This document shows, piece after piece, positions 1-9,996 of a stretch of DNA of 64,000 bases. Made by a program: the position numbers and the translations under genes. Each line of letters opens with the position of its first letter. Within the stretch, counting starts at the first letter, position 1. The notes beneath the pieces are model-generated. The model saw only the letters and a list, made by a program, of their open reading frames with translations, was not told where the DNA came from and ran no database searches. This stretch comes from Candidatus Zixiibacteriota bacterium (lineage in GTDB: Bacteria; Zixibacteria; MSB-5A5; UBA10806), in assembly GCA_020348065.1 (NCBI GenBank), contig CP070742.1, forward strand, positions 1,765,721 through 1,829,720, written 5' to 3'.

Positions 1-208
1 GGCTGACGAAAGCCGGACTGGTAGAATCTGAAACGTCAAGAATCACCAATCCGTTAACGAAAGCGCAGTAAGCGTAGTCTCCTGCAATTTCGATATCATT
101 TACTCCTGTCCAGAACGTCGAGTTTATATGTTCTATGTTCTGGGCGCCGGCATTACCAACCATAGCCAGCATTACACAGATTACAACAACGGCGGCCACT
201 TTTTTCAT
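1..208 (-). CDS. Partial CDS for the N-terminus of a secreted protein that continues past the left edge; unknown function
   Basis: The reverse complement has ATG at 208..206 with AGGAGGA (plus strand 214-220) 7 nt upstream. Translation is MKKVAAVVVICVMLAMVGNAGAQNIEHINSTFWTGVNDIEIAGDYAYCAFVNGLVILDVSDSTSPAFVS and stays open to position 1. It begins with a classic signal peptide. The ORF track omits it because it has no stop inside the window. Confidence 0.55.
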   Translation of the reverse strand, partial: MKKVAAVVVICVMLAMVGNAGAQNIEHINSTFWTGVNDIEIAGDYAYCAFVNGLVILDVSDSTSPAFVS

Positions 209-638
209 TATTTCCTCCTGGAAAGTCGTTATTTTCGTTAACGATTCAAAGACGCAAAATCAACATTGCCTTTTTAAAATAGATAACCTATTTTACGATA
301 TTGTCAAGTCTTTTGTTTCGTTATAAGCTATCGGATAATTTTTACTAAAATTGATTGAAGAGATAGACGGCGAAGTCGCTTTGTTATGCATACCGATTTG
401 ACAAATGTCAATTCGCTTTATAGTACAAAATTGTATTTTTTACCTGTTACGGAGACGATTTCGGCAAAAACTAAAAAGCCCTACGGCGAATTCCTGAAAA
501 AAAGCGGAAATGGTACAATAGCGGTAGGAAAATACGTAAACTTATCCAGTACGGCTTTTTAGTGGTTGGCGTATCTCCGGATGCGCCAACAAAAAAGCGG
601 CAGATACGGGGACCTGTCGCTGCGTTTTGCCCGCGAAC

Positions 639-2030
639 CTAGAATTTGGCGCTTCTCGGCGTTCGGGGAAGAGGGATAACATCCCTGATATTGGCCATAC
701 CGGACATATACATAAGCAAGCGGGCGAAACCGAGCCCGAAGCCGGAATGGGGCGCCGAACCGTATTTGCGAAGATCGTAATACCACCAGAGTGACTCTTC
801 TTTCACTCCGAAAAGCTCCACCTGCTTTTTCAAAACGTCGAGTCGTTCTTCCCTCTGGCTGCCGCCTATTATCTCGCCTATCTGCGGTACCAGCACGTCG
901 ACCGCCGCTACCGTCTTATCGTCGTCGTTTACCCGCATATAAAACGCCTTGATATCCTTGGGGTAATCCTTCACCATGACAGGGGCGTTGAAATGCTGCT
1001 CGCAGAGATACCGTTCATGCTCCGCCTGCAGGGTAACGCCCCAGTTCACCGGGAATTCGAATTTCATTTTAGCCTTTTTAAGAATTTCAACCGCTTCGGT
1101 ATAGGTTACGATCTCAAATTTCGATTTTAATAAGGTCTCCAGAGTGGTAATCCTGTTTTTCTCGATCCAGCGGCTGAAAAATTCCATTTCCTCGGAGCAT
1201 TCGTTGAGAGCGTACTCGAATAAATACATCAAGAATTCGCCGGCCAACCGCATGTTCTCATCAAGATCGCAGAATGCCATTTCCGGTTCGATCATCCAAA
1301 ACTCGGAAACGTGCCGGGGGGTATTGGATTTCTCCGCCCTGAAGATCGGACCGAAAGTATACACGTCACCCAGCGCCAGCGACATTATCTCGGCTTCAAG
1401 TTGCCCCGATACGGTCAGAAACGTCTGCGAAGCGAAAAAGTCCTTATCGTAATCTACTCTTCCATCGATTTTAGGGATTTTATCGAGATCGAATGTGGTA
1501 ACCCAGAACTGTTCTCCCGCGCCCTCGGCATCAGTGGCGGTTATAATAGGAGAGTGCATGTAATAAAATCCGCGTTCCTGATAAAATTTATGTATGGCAT
1601 ACGCAATTTTGCTTCGAAACCTGTTTACCGCGCCGAAAGTGTTGGTGCGCGGCCTCAGATGAGCGATCTCCCTTAGATATTCGAACGAATGTCTCTTTTT
1701 CTGTAGCGGATAATCGGCGGGGCAGTCTCCCACAAGGGAGATTTCTTCAGGATGAAGTTCGATTTTATGTTTTCTCTGTGGGACGGGAATCAGGTTTCCG
1801 ACCAATCTGACCGCCGCTCCCGATTTTATTTTTTCCAGTTCCGGGAATCGATCCGGATTTTCAACCACAATCTGCAAATTGTGAAGTGTGCTCCCGTCGT
1901 TGATCTCGAGAAATGAAAGGTTGGTGGAATCCCTCCTGGTGCGAACCCATCCCATAACTATAACATTCTCGGTGGCTTGCGGCTCGGCAAGTATCGGGGC
2001 GATTTTTCTGCGCGCAAAGTAATCCATCAT
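639..2030 (-). CDS. asnS: Asparaginyl-tRNA synthetase (class II)
   Basis: 463 aa. The N-terminal OB fold and the class II motifs (FRAEKSNTPRHVSEFWMIEPEMAF, GSAPHSGFGLGFARL) match AsnRS. Confidence 0.9.
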   Translation of the reverse strand: MMDYFARRKIAPILAEPQATENVIVMGWVRTRRDSTNLSFLEINDGSTLHNLQIVVENPDRFPELEKIKSGAAVRLVGNLIPVPQRKHKIELHPEEISLVGDCPADYPLQKKRHSFEYLREIAHLRPRTNTFGAVNRFRSKIAYAIHKFYQERGFYYMHSPIITATDAEGAGEQFWVTTFDLDKIPKIDGRVDYDKDFFASQTFLTVSGQLEAEIMSLALGDVYTFGPIFRAEKSNTPRHVSEFWMIEPEMAFCDLDENMRLAGEFLMYLFEYALNECSEEMEFFSRWIEKNRITTLETLLKSKFEIVTYTEAVEILKKAKMKFEFPVNWGVTLQAEHERYLCEQHFNAPVMVKDYPKDIKAFYMRVNDDDKTVAAVDVLVPQIGEIIGGSQREERLDVLKKQVELFGVKEESLWWYYDLRKYGSAPHSGFGLGFARLLMYMSGMANIRDVIPLPRTPRSAKF

Positions 2031-2228
2031 ATTCTCCTTGATTAAATTATATAGCTAAAATCAGTCGAAAAATCAACTGCAAGAAAATAGGAAATATAAG
2101 CGAATTACTCCGGACGATTCCGATAGATAGGGCGAAAAGACGAAAATAAGTTACAGGTTCCGGGCCCATTTGACAAATAACCCTTTGATAATGAGAGCGA
2201 AAATTGCCTTGACACTTTTGGATAATCG

Positions 2229-2756
2229 ATGTTATTTTCGGACTTTATGAAAGTCGAGTTCCGGCAAGTAAAAGCCGGAGGTTCCGAATTCAGATTTTCA
2301 GTTCCGGCCGCCGATCTGGAATTGGAAGCTGAGGGTTTGAAATTCCCGGAACCTATTGAGGTGGAGCTCACCGCCACGAAATCCGGCGATGAGGTTATTT
2401 TTCAAGGCGCTGTTTCTACCTTGATTGAAGCCGAATGCGCTCGATGCCTGGAACTGTTCGAAAAACAGATCAGTTCCAAATTACAGTTTGTGATCCAGTT
2501 TCTGGATGTTGGCGGTCCCGAGGACACGGGCGACGACGATTTTGTGGTATTGCCCAAGACGACTGCAGATTACGACATTTCCGAGCGTGTCCGCGAAGCG
2601 ATAATACTGGAATTGCCGTTCAAACCGTTGTGCGAGCTAAATTGCAGAGGACTCTGCCCCATGTGCGGTGGAAATCTTAATGAAACCGATTGCGGATGTA
2701 CACAGGATAAAACCGACGAAAGGTGGGATACTTTAAGGCAATTATTTGGAGATTGA
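2229..2756 (+). CDS. yceD: YceD/DUF177 family protein (23S rRNA accumulation)
   Basis: 175 aa with a C-terminal CxxC...CxC cluster. It sits directly upstream of rpmF-plsX, the conserved yceD-rpmF-plsX-fab arrangement. Confidence 0.8.
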   Translation: MLFSDFMKVEFRQVKAGGSEFRFSVPAADLELEAEGLKFPEPIEVELTATKSGDEVIFQGAVSTLIEAECARCLELFEKQISSKLQFVIQFLDVGGPEDTGDDDFVVLPKTTADYDISERVREAIILELPFKPLCELNCRGLCPMCGGNLNETDCGCTQDKTDERWDTLRQLFGD

Positions 2757-2823
2757 ATAAGCAGAAACCGTTTTAATTTAGATACTTTTTGAGGATGGAT
2801 TAATATCAGAACCGAGGTTAATT

Positions 2824-3009
2824 ATGGCGTTACCGAAAAGGCGACATTCCAGATCCAGGGGCGCAAAAAGAAGAACTCACTGGAAGCTTGATAAACCCAA
2901 CATTATGGAATGCCCGCATTGTCACGAACCCAAACTGCCGCACCAGATATGCCCGAGTTGTGGATGGTACAAAGGGCGGGCGGTTGTGGCCATAACAGAA
3001 TCGAAATAA
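2824..3009 (+). CDS. rpmF: 50S ribosomal protein L32
   Basis: 61 aa starting MALPKRRHSRSRGAKRR, with the zinc ribbon CPHC...CPSC. Confidence 0.9.
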   Translation: MALPKRRHSRSRGAKRRTHWKLDKPNIMECPHCHEPKLPHQICPSCGWYKGRAVVAITESK

Positions 3010-4061
3010 TGTCGAATGGAAAAAGAATAAGAATCGCCATAGACGCCATGGGCGGCGATCATGCCCCGGCGTCGATCGTGGAAGGGGCGGTTCTGGCCCA
3101 GAGAGATGTCGGAGAAAGAGTCGAATTGATCCTGCTGGGGGATTCTTTTCTAATTGAATCCGAACTAAAAAAACTCGATGCCGACAATCTTCCGATTAGA
3201 GTGATTCATTGCGACGAGGCGATCGGGATGGCCGAGGAGGCCGCCGAATCCGTGCGAAGAAAACCGAACTCATCCATAGTGGCGGGCATGAATATTCAAA
3301 AAGACGGCGAAGCTGACGCCTTCATTTCCGCCGGGAACACCGGGGCGGTGATGGCCGCCTCGCTTATTATGCTGGGCAGGTTGAAGGGAGTGCATCGTCC
3401 TGCCATAGTATCGCTGTTCCCGACCGAGAAGGGCACTTCCATAATTCTCGACGTCGGAGCCAATTCCGACTGCAAAGCCGTGAACCTGTATCAATTCGCC
3501 CTTATGGGCGTAAGCTATTTTTCGTTGATATTCAACAAGGAAAATCCCAGCGTAGGTTTGCTTTCCATCGGCGAGGAAAAATCGAAAGGAAATGAGGTTA
3601 CCGTCGAATCTCACAAGCTGATTTCGGCGTCCGAATTGAATTTCGTTGGAAACCTGGAGGGTCGCGATATTTTGAAAGGGAAAGCCAATGTTGTCGTATG
3701 CGAGGGGTTTGTCGGCAATATTATTCTGAAATTCGCCGAGTCTATCGATAGTTATCTTGGCGAGCTGTTTAAAAATAGAATCCGCATGAGCCTCTCGGCC
3801 AAGATCGGCGCTCTTTTGATGAACAGGGCTTTCAAGGATTTGAAAAAAAATCTCGATTATGCCGAATACGGCGGCGCGCCGCTTCTCGGAATCAGCGGCG
3901 TGTCGGTTATATGTCATGGCGGTTCTTCGCCCAAGGCAATTAAAAATGCTGTCCGGGCCGCGAAATCTATTGTGGAAAACAACCTGAATAATAAAATTGA
4001 AAACAGAATCGCTGCCAACGGCACGATGGAAATATCCGAAGTCAGGCTTAAACAAACGTGA
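3009..4061 (+). CDS. plsX: Phosphate acyltransferase PlsX
   Basis: ATG at 3009 overlaps the rpmF stop (TAATG). The protein starts MSNGKRIRIAIDAMGGDHAP, the PlsX N-terminus; the track's earlier start would sit inside rpmF. Confidence 0.9.
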   Translation: MSNGKRIRIAIDAMGGDHAPASIVEGAVLAQRDVGERVELILLGDSFLIESELKKLDADNLPIRVIHCDEAIGMAEEAAESVRRKPNSSIVAGMNIQKDGEADAFISAGNTGAVMAASLIMLGRLKGVHRPAIVSLFPTEKGTSIILDVGANSDCKAVNLYQFALMGVSYFSLIFNKENPSVGLLSIGEEKSKGNEVTVESHKLISASELNFVGNLEGRDILKGKANVVVCEGFVGNIILKFAESIDSYLGELFKNRIRMSLSAKIGALLMNRAFKDLKKNLDYAEYGGAPLLGISGVSVICHGGSSPKAIKNAVRAAKSIVENNLNNKIENRIAANGTMEISEVRLKQT

Positions 4062-5044
4062 ACGGAAAGTATGTGCGAATAATCGGTACCGGTTCATCCG
4101 TCCCGGATCGGGTTTTAACCAATGCCGATCTCGAGAAAATGGTGGAAACGAGTGATGAATGGATAACCGCCAGGACCGGTATCAAGGAAAGAAGGATCGC
4201 ACCCGACGGTTTCGCCGCGTCGGATTACGCTTACGGGGCTACTATAAAAGCCATGGAGATGGCGGGTATTTCGGCGGATGAACTGGACCTGATTATACTG
4301 GGAACCGTAACCCCCGATGCCCCTTTACCCTCGACAGCCTGCATTCTTCAGAATAAACTGAAAGCCAGAAATGCCGCCGTGGTCGATATAGTAGCCGCCT
4401 GTTCCGGATTTATCTACGGCCTTGAATACGCGAAGGCCATGATTCAGACCGGTTTAAAAGAAAATGTCCTGGTTGTCGGCGTGGAAACGCTCTCGAAAAT
4501 AGTCAACTGGAAAGACAGAAATACATGTGTCCTTTTCGGAGACGGAGCAGGCGCAGCGGTCCTCGCTCCCTCCGATTCTCCCGGGGGCATATTGGCAACC
4601 TTTACAAAGGCTGACGGCTCGCTTGCGCGACTGTTGCAGGTTCCGGCTGGCGGCGGCCGCATGCCGATTAATCTTGATAACATCGGTAACGGTAATCGTT
4701 TTATCCAGATGAAAGGTTCCGAGGTTTTCAAGTCGGCGGTCAAAGCTATGGGCGAGGCCGCCATATCTATACTGGAAAAATCCGGAACAGAATCCGGAGA
4801 TATCGATCTTATGATTCCGCATCAGGCCAATATCAGAATAATCGAGGCTACCGCCAAGAGGATCAAGTTGCCGATGGATCGCGTCTTCGTGAATATACAC
4901 AAGTATGGCAACACCTCAGCCGCATCGGTCCCGATTGCCCTCGATGAGGCCGTTAGATCCAACAGGATAAAACCGGGCGATAAAATTATGATGGTATCTT
5001 TCGGGGCCGGGTTTACATGGGGGTCGGTTCTTGTTGAATGGTGA
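4058..5044 (+). CDS. fabH: 3-oxoacyl-ACP synthase III
   Basis: GTG start overlaps the plsX stop. 328 aa with the FabH fold and AACSGF active-site Cys. Confidence 0.9.
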   Translation: MNGKYVRIIGTGSSVPDRVLTNADLEKMVETSDEWITARTGIKERRIAPDGFAASDYAYGATIKAMEMAGISADELDLIILGTVTPDAPLPSTACILQNKLKARNAAVVDIVAACSGFIYGLEYAKAMIQTGLKENVLVVGVETLSKIVNWKDRNTCVLFGDGAGAAVLAPSDSPGGILATFTKADGSLARLLQVPAGGGRMPINLDNIGNGNRFIQMKGSEVFKSAVKAMGEAAISILEKSGTESGDIDLMIPHQANIRIIEATAKRIKLPMDRVFVNIHKYGNTSAASVPIALDEAVRSNRIKPGDKIMMVSFGAGFTWGSVLVEW

Positions 5045-5996
5045 TGTGAAGAAAACGGCATTTTTATTTCCCGGGCAGGCGTCCCAGTATGTGGGGATGG
5101 CCGGAGAATTGTATGATGGTTTCGAGGACGTCAGAAATTTGTTCGAAACGGCGTCAGAGATTCTAAAATACGATTTAGCCGATGTCTGTTTCAACGGCCC
5201 GGAGGAAAAACTGAAACAGACGGCATATACGCAGCCGGCCGTTTTTGTACATTCGTGCGCGGTCGATTTAATGCTTTATAAAGAAGGAATTACCCCTCGC
5301 GCCGCTGCCGGTCATTCTCTCGGCGAGTATTCCGCCCTGGTTAGTTCCGGGGCCCTGGATTTTGATATCGCCATGAAAGCGGTTGCCGTCCGGAGCCGCG
5401 CCATGCAGGAAGATTGCGATAACAATCCCGGAACCATGGCGGCCGTAATGGGGCTTGACTACGATGATGTTGCGGGAACCCTGAAGTCCGCGCGGGGTGC
5501 AGTCGTACCCGCCAATTATAACTCTCCCGGGCAGGTCGTCATTGCAGGAGAGATCGAGGCTGTCGACCGGGCCTGCGATTTACTGAAAGAAAAAGGCGCG
5601 AGAAGAACCGTGCCGATTGCGGTCGGCGGGGCATATCATTCATCGCTGATGGATAATTCATCCGAAAAAATGAGAAAATTCATTATGGAGGAATTAAAAC
5701 TTTCGCCGCTAAGGTTTCCGGTTTATTCCAATGTCAGCGCCGGGCCCGTTGACGATCCGGAAAGATTCAGAGAGCTGCTGGCGGATCAGATTTCCAATCC
5801 CGTGCTCTGGTATCCTATCATACAGAATATGTATAGGGACGGCATCAGGAGATTTATCGAAATCGGACCCGGAAAAGTGCTTCAGGGGCTTGTTAAAAGA
5901 TCGTTGAATTTTGATGATATAGAATTATCGGGAATCGATAATCGGGAAAATCTTATTGATTTTTTAAAAGAAAACGCCGAGGTTGAGTCGGCATGA
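5031..5996 (+). CDS. fabD: Malonyl-CoA:ACP transacylase
   Basis: Contains FLFPGQASQ and GHSLGEYSAL. The start may instead be the GTG at 5046. Confidence 0.9.
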   Translation: MLNGDVKKTAFLFPGQASQYVGMAGELYDGFEDVRNLFETASEILKYDLADVCFNGPEEKLKQTAYTQPAVFVHSCAVDLMLYKEGITPRAAAGHSLGEYSALVSSGALDFDIAMKAVAVRSRAMQEDCDNNPGTMAAVMGLDYDDVAGTLKSARGAVVPANYNSPGQVVIAGEIEAVDRACDLLKEKGARRTVPIAVGGAYHSSLMDNSSEKMRKFIMEELKLSPLRFPVYSNVSAGPVDDPERFRELLADQISNPVLWYPIIQNMYRDGIRRFIEIGPGKVLQGLVKRSLNFDDIELSGIDNRENLIDFLKENAEVESA

Positions 5997-6733
5997 GTCC
6001 TGAAAAGAAAGTCGCGTTGATTACCGGGGGAGCCAGGGGCATAGGTTTTGCCATTGCGGAATGTCTTGCTGCCGACGGTTGCTCGATAATTATCGCCGAT
6101 ATCATGAAAGAAATCGCCGGAGAATCGGCTGAAAAACTATCCTCCCGCGGAACAGATTGTATCGCCGTCGCGGGGGACATTTCCAGACCGGACGATGTGG
6201 AATCGATGTTCAGGATCACCGAGGAAAAATTGGGCTCCCCGGATATTCTCATAAACAACGCCGGAATCACCAGGGATAATTTCCTGATGCGCATGAGCGA
6301 GCAGGAATGGGACATGGTAATGAACATAAACCTTAAAGGATCTTACCTGTGCTCGAAGGCGGCTTCGAAGGGCATGATGAAAAAAAGGTGGGGACGGATT
6401 GTAAATATATCGTCCGTGGTGGGCGTGATGGGCAACGCCGGTCAGGCTAATTACGCCGCTTCCAAGGCGGGCATTATAGGATTCACCAAATCGCTGGCCA
6501 AGGAACTGGCCGGACGTAACATAACGGTCAACGCCGTAGCTCCGGGATACATAGAGACGGAGATGACGAGGAATCTTCCGGAGACGGCCAGAGAGAACTT
6601 CCTTAAAATCATACCTCTTAAACGCCCCGGAAAACCCGGCGACGTCGCCGGTATCGTTTCCTTTCTGGCATCGGATGCCGCGGAGTATGTTACCGGTCAG
6701 GTAATCCATTGCGATGGCGGCATGGCGATGTGA
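5993..6733 (+). CDS. fabG: 3-oxoacyl-ACP reductase (SDR)
   Basis: TGGARGIG Rossmann motif and the YAASKAG catalytic motif; ATGA overlap with fabD. Confidence 0.9.
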   Translation: MSPEKKVALITGGARGIGFAIAECLAADGCSIIIADIMKEIAGESAEKLSSRGTDCIAVAGDISRPDDVESMFRITEEKLGSPDILINNAGITRDNFLMRMSEQEWDMVMNINLKGSYLCSKAASKGMMKKRWGRIVNISSVVGVMGNAGQANYAASKAGIIGFTKSLAKELAGRNITVNAVAPGYIETEMTRNLPETARENFLKIIPLKRPGKPGDVAGIVSFLASDAAEYVTGQVIHCDGGMAM

Positions 6734-6789
6734 TAAACAGGAATGAAGAATTTTTCAAATTGATAGTTGGAAATACTTAAGGAGGAAGA

Positions 6790-7032
6790 ATGTCATCAAT
6801 CGAGGAAAAGGTCAAAGAAATCATCGCCGAAAATCTGGGTGTGGATACCGATAAGGTTGTCCCCGAAGCATCATTTGTAGATGACCTTGACGCGGATTCG
6901 CTCGATCAGGTCGAGTTGATCCTCGCTCTGGAAGAGGCTTTCGACTGTACGATTCCGGAAGAAGAGGCATCAAAAATCACCACCGTCGGTGAGGCCATAG
7001 ATTATATAAATAAATTTCAGGAAAAAGGTTAG
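6790..7032 (+). CDS. acpP: Acyl carrier protein
   Basis: 80 aa with the phosphopantetheine-attachment motif [18 protein letters not shown]; AAGGAGG RBS. Confidence 0.95.
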   Translation: MSSIEEKVKEIIAENLGVDTDKVVPEASFVDDLDADSLDQVELILALEEAFDCTIPEEEASKITTVGEAIDYINKFQEKG

Positions 7033-7043
7033 GACTCTTTATT

Positions 7044-8291
7044 GTGAGTCGAAGGGTTGTTGTTACCGGAATCGGCTTAGTAACGCCCCTGGGCAACAGT
7101 ATTGGCGAATTCTGGAAAAACCTGATTTCCGGGAACTCCGGGGTGGCTCTGATTGATAGGTTTGATGCCACCGGTTTGCCGACGAGGATTGCGGCGCAGG
7201 TAAAGGATTTCGATCCTAACGCCTATATAAACAAAAAAGCGGCCAGGCGGATGGACCTCTCCCAGCAGTACGCTATTGTGGCGGCCTGCAAAACGGTCGA
7301 GGATTCCGGACTCGACCTGGAATCTATAGACCGCGAACGGGTCGGGGTAATAATAGGATCCGGAATAGGCGGCCTTAAAACGTTTGAAGATCAGGTCAGC
7401 ATAATTATAAAACAGGGGCCATTGAAGGTCTCGCCGTTTTTTATCCCCATGATGATCGCCGATATGGCCGCGGGGCTGGTCAGCATCCAGTTCGGTTTCA
7501 AAGGACCCAATTATGCCACCGTCTCCGCGTGCGCCTCCTCCAGCAATGCCGTTGCGGATTCTTTTGCTCTGATTCAGCGGGGCGCCGCCGATATAATCGT
7601 CTGCGGCGGCACCGAGGCATCCATAACTCTCACCGGTATGGCGGGTTTTTGTATGGCCAGAGCTATGTCAACGAGAAACGATGAGCCTGAAAAGGCAAGC
7701 CGACCCTTCGACAAGCAACGCGATGGTTTCGTAATGGGTGAGGGAGCCGCCATTTTTATACTGGAAGAACTCTCGCATGCCTTGGCTCGCGGCGCGGAAA
7801 TTTACGCGGAGATTATCGGTATGGGACTTTCCGCGGACGCTTATCATGTTACGGCGCCGGTTCCGGACGGTAACGGCGCGGCAAGAAGTATGAAGGCGGC
7901 GTTGGACGACGCCGGTATTTCCCCGGACGATATCGATTATATCAACTCTCATGGTACCGCCACCGACCTGGGGGATATCGCCGAAACCGCCGCGGTGAAG
8001 ACTATCTTTGGCGAGCGAGCCTATAAGATTCCCGTTAACTCGACCAAATCGATAATAGGACATCTTCTGGGAGCCGCGGGATCGGTAGAGCTGGCCGCTA
8101 CCGTACTTCAAATGCAAAAGAAAAAAATCCACCCTACCATCAACCTGGACTTCCCTGATCCGAAATGCGATCTGGATTACGTCACGGACGGCGCCCGGGA
8201 TCTGGATATTAATTTCGCCCTCACCAATTCATTCGGGTTCGGAGGCCATAATATCTCCCTGGTCCTGAAGAAATATCAAAATACCGAGTAA
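7044..8291 (+). CDS. fabF: 3-oxoacyl-ACP synthase II
   Basis: 415 aa KAS II with SACASS active-site Cys and the NSFGFGGHN C-terminus. Confidence 0.9.
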   Translation: MSRRVVVTGIGLVTPLGNSIGEFWKNLISGNSGVALIDRFDATGLPTRIAAQVKDFDPNAYINKKAARRMDLSQQYAIVAACKTVEDSGLDLESIDRERVGVIIGSGIGGLKTFEDQVSIIIKQGPLKVSPFFIPMMIADMAAGLVSIQFGFKGPNYATVSACASSSNAVADSFALIQRGAADIIVCGGTEASITLTGMAGFCMARAMSTRNDEPEKASRPFDKQRDGFVMGEGAAIFILEELSHALARGAEIYAEIIGMGLSADAYHVTAPVPDGNGAARSMKAALDDAGISPDDIDYINSHGTATDLGDIAETAAVKTIFGERAYKIPVNSTKSIIGHLLGAAGSVELAATVLQMQKKKIHPTINLDFPDPKCDLDYVTDGARDLDINFALTNSFGFGGHNISLVLKKYQNTE

Positions 8292-9022
8292 TGGTTTTCT
8301 CATTAATTAAAAAATTTTTCTCCGGCAAAAGAGACCCACTCGGGGAAGTGGAAACAATAATTGATTATAAATTCGAAAACCGGGACCTTTTGAAAAAAGC
8401 GCTTACTCATCGATCCTGGGAGAACGCGGGACTGGCAAATGAAAGGCTCGAATTCCTGGGCGACGCGGTTCTGGGACTGGTGGTCTCGGAATTTTTATTC
8501 GGCGTATTCCCGAACCTGAATGAGGGAGACCTTACCAAGATGAAATCGAGCCTGGTCAATGAGTCGGCCCTGACAAGGGTCTTCTCGCGATTCGGCCTGG
8601 CGGACTATCTTTATCTCAGTTCCGAAGAAGAAAAATCCGGAGGCAGGGAAAAACCATCAATTACCGCTGATGCCATGGAGGCGATTCTGGGAGCTATTTA
8701 TCTGGACGGCGGCCTGGAGAAAGTCTCAAAAGTAATAGACCAATTGCTCCTTTCGGACTATGAAAATCTTATAAATGATGAATCAATTTATAATTACAAG
8801 GGCGAATTGCTGGAGCTGGTCCAGATCGAGGGGCGAGGAGTCCCTCGTTACGAAGTTATCGAGGAAATCGGTCCCGATCATGAAAAGACTTTCGTGGTGT
8901 CGGTTTCGGTGGAATCCGAAAAGATCGGTACCGGAAAAGGCACAACGAAAAAGGAGGCGGAGCAGAAAGCGGCAAAAATGGCGCTCGATTTTATAAGTAA
9001 GGATCAGGAAATTGAAAACTGA
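8291..9022 (+). CDS. rnc: Ribonuclease III
   Basis: ERLEFLGDAVL RNase III signature plus a C-terminal dsRBD; TAATG overlap with fabF. Confidence 0.9.
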   Translation: MVFSLIKKFFSGKRDPLGEVETIIDYKFENRDLLKKALTHRSWENAGLANERLEFLGDAVLGLVVSEFLFGVFPNLNEGDLTKMKSSLVNESALTRVFSRFGLADYLYLSSEEEKSGGREKPSITADAMEAILGAIYLDGGLEKVSKVIDQLLLSDYENLINDESIYNYKGELLELVQIEGRGVPRYEVIEEIGPDHEKTFVVSVSVESEKIGTGKGTTKKEAEQKAAKMALDFISKDQEIEN

Positions 9023-9072
9023 GCTGCGGTGGCTGGTTATTTTGAAAAATTTTCGATAGAGGAAGATGAGTT

Positions 9073-9834
9073 ATGAAAGTTGCTGTATTGGTCAAACAAA
9101 CTCCTCAACTTTCCGAGGTAACTATGAGCGGCGATGGCCCGAAATGGCCCGGGGGCGCCGATGTTGTTAATCCTTTTGACGAATACGCGGTCGAGGAAGC
9201 TATTAGGTTCAAGGAAAATTACGGCGCTACTGCGGTTGCCGTTACATACGGCGGCGCTGACGTTGTCTCCGCCTTAAGAGATGTTCTGGCTCTGGGCATA
9301 GATGAGGCCGTGCATATAGAATCGGATTCATATTCCGCCACCGATCCTCAGAATACTGCCCGGGTCCTTGCCGCCTGTATCAAGAAATTGGGCGATGTCG
9401 ATCTGGTTTTAACCGGCAAACAAGCTTGCGATGACGATTCCGCCATGGTAGCTTTCGCGGTAGCAGCCAACCTGGATTGGCCGCAGATAGGATTCGTGAA
9501 GAAGTTTGATAAAGTCGATGATTCGAAAATTACGGCCTGGAGAACGACAGATTCGGGATACGATGTGGTAGAGACTCCATTTCCCGCTGTCTGCTCGGTT
9601 GTAAAGGAGATCAACGAGCCCCGACTGCCATCCCTGAAAGGAAAAATGAAAGCCAGAAAAGCGGAAATAAAGAAGTTTTCGTTGGCCGATTTGGATATCG
9701 AACATGACAGAACAACCGAGATTAAAAATATCCAGACTCCCCCCGAACGATCGCAGGGTGAAATTCTCCAAGGCGAATCCGATGAGGTAGTCGATAAATT
9801 AATTGAAAAACTAAAAGCGGATCAGCTTATTTAA
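9073..9834 (+). CDS. etfB: Electron transfer flavoprotein beta-subunit-like protein (EtfB/FixA family)
   Basis: 253 aa starting MKVAVLVKQTPQ, with VNPFDEYAVEEAIR and VAVTYGG, typical of ETF beta. No etfA is adjacent. Confidence 0.75.
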   Translation: MKVAVLVKQTPQLSEVTMSGDGPKWPGGADVVNPFDEYAVEEAIRFKENYGATAVAVTYGGADVVSALRDVLALGIDEAVHIESDSYSATDPQNTARVLAACIKKLGDVDLVLTGKQACDDDSAMVAFAVAANLDWPQIGFVKKFDKVDDSKITAWRTTDSGYDVVETPFPAVCSVVKEINEPRLPSLKGKMKARKAEIKKFSLADLDIEHDRTTEIKNIQTPPERSQGEILQGESDEVVDKLIEKLKADQLI

Positions 9835-9860
9835 ATCGGCTTTATAAAATATAAACCAGA

Positions 9861-9888
9861 AAAACGGCTCCGTATTGGGCCGTTTTTT
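9861..9888 (+). terminator. Rho-independent terminator after etfB
   Basis: AAAACGGC-(10 nt loop)-GCCGTTTTTT: a GC stem with flanking A/T run ending in six T. Confidence 0.6.
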
Positions 9889-9941
9889 GTAATATGCTGT
9901 CTATCAAGGGATTACAATTTCAAATTATTTCATTTTTTATG

Positions 9942-9969
9942 TTGCGAAAGCCCACATTAATAATATATT
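9942..9969 (+). promoter_or_regulatory. Candidate sigma-70-type promoter of the giant regulator gene
   Basis: TTGCGA-N16-TATATT, about 28 nt upstream of the ATG at 9997. Confidence 0.35.
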
Positions 9970-9996
9970 TATGTTGTAGAAAAAAATAACACAATC

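Noticed and set aside
560-640. Inverted repeat GTTGGCG...CGCCAAC and a second imperfect hairpin downstream of asnS (minus strand), considered as a terminator
   Set aside because: Neither hairpin is followed by a U-run in the orientation needed for asnS termination, and the stems contain mismatches. The support is too weak to list as a feature.
3270-4097. 275-aa minus-strand ORF antisense to plsX; similar long antisense ORFs at 47866-48831, 49138-49911, 30963-31670, 40293-40865 and 60372-60962
   Set aside because: Each lies fully inside a well-supported, motif-bearing gene on the other strand. Each has an Arg/Gly-rich or otherwise atypical composition. These are shadow ORFs of GC-rich coding sequence.
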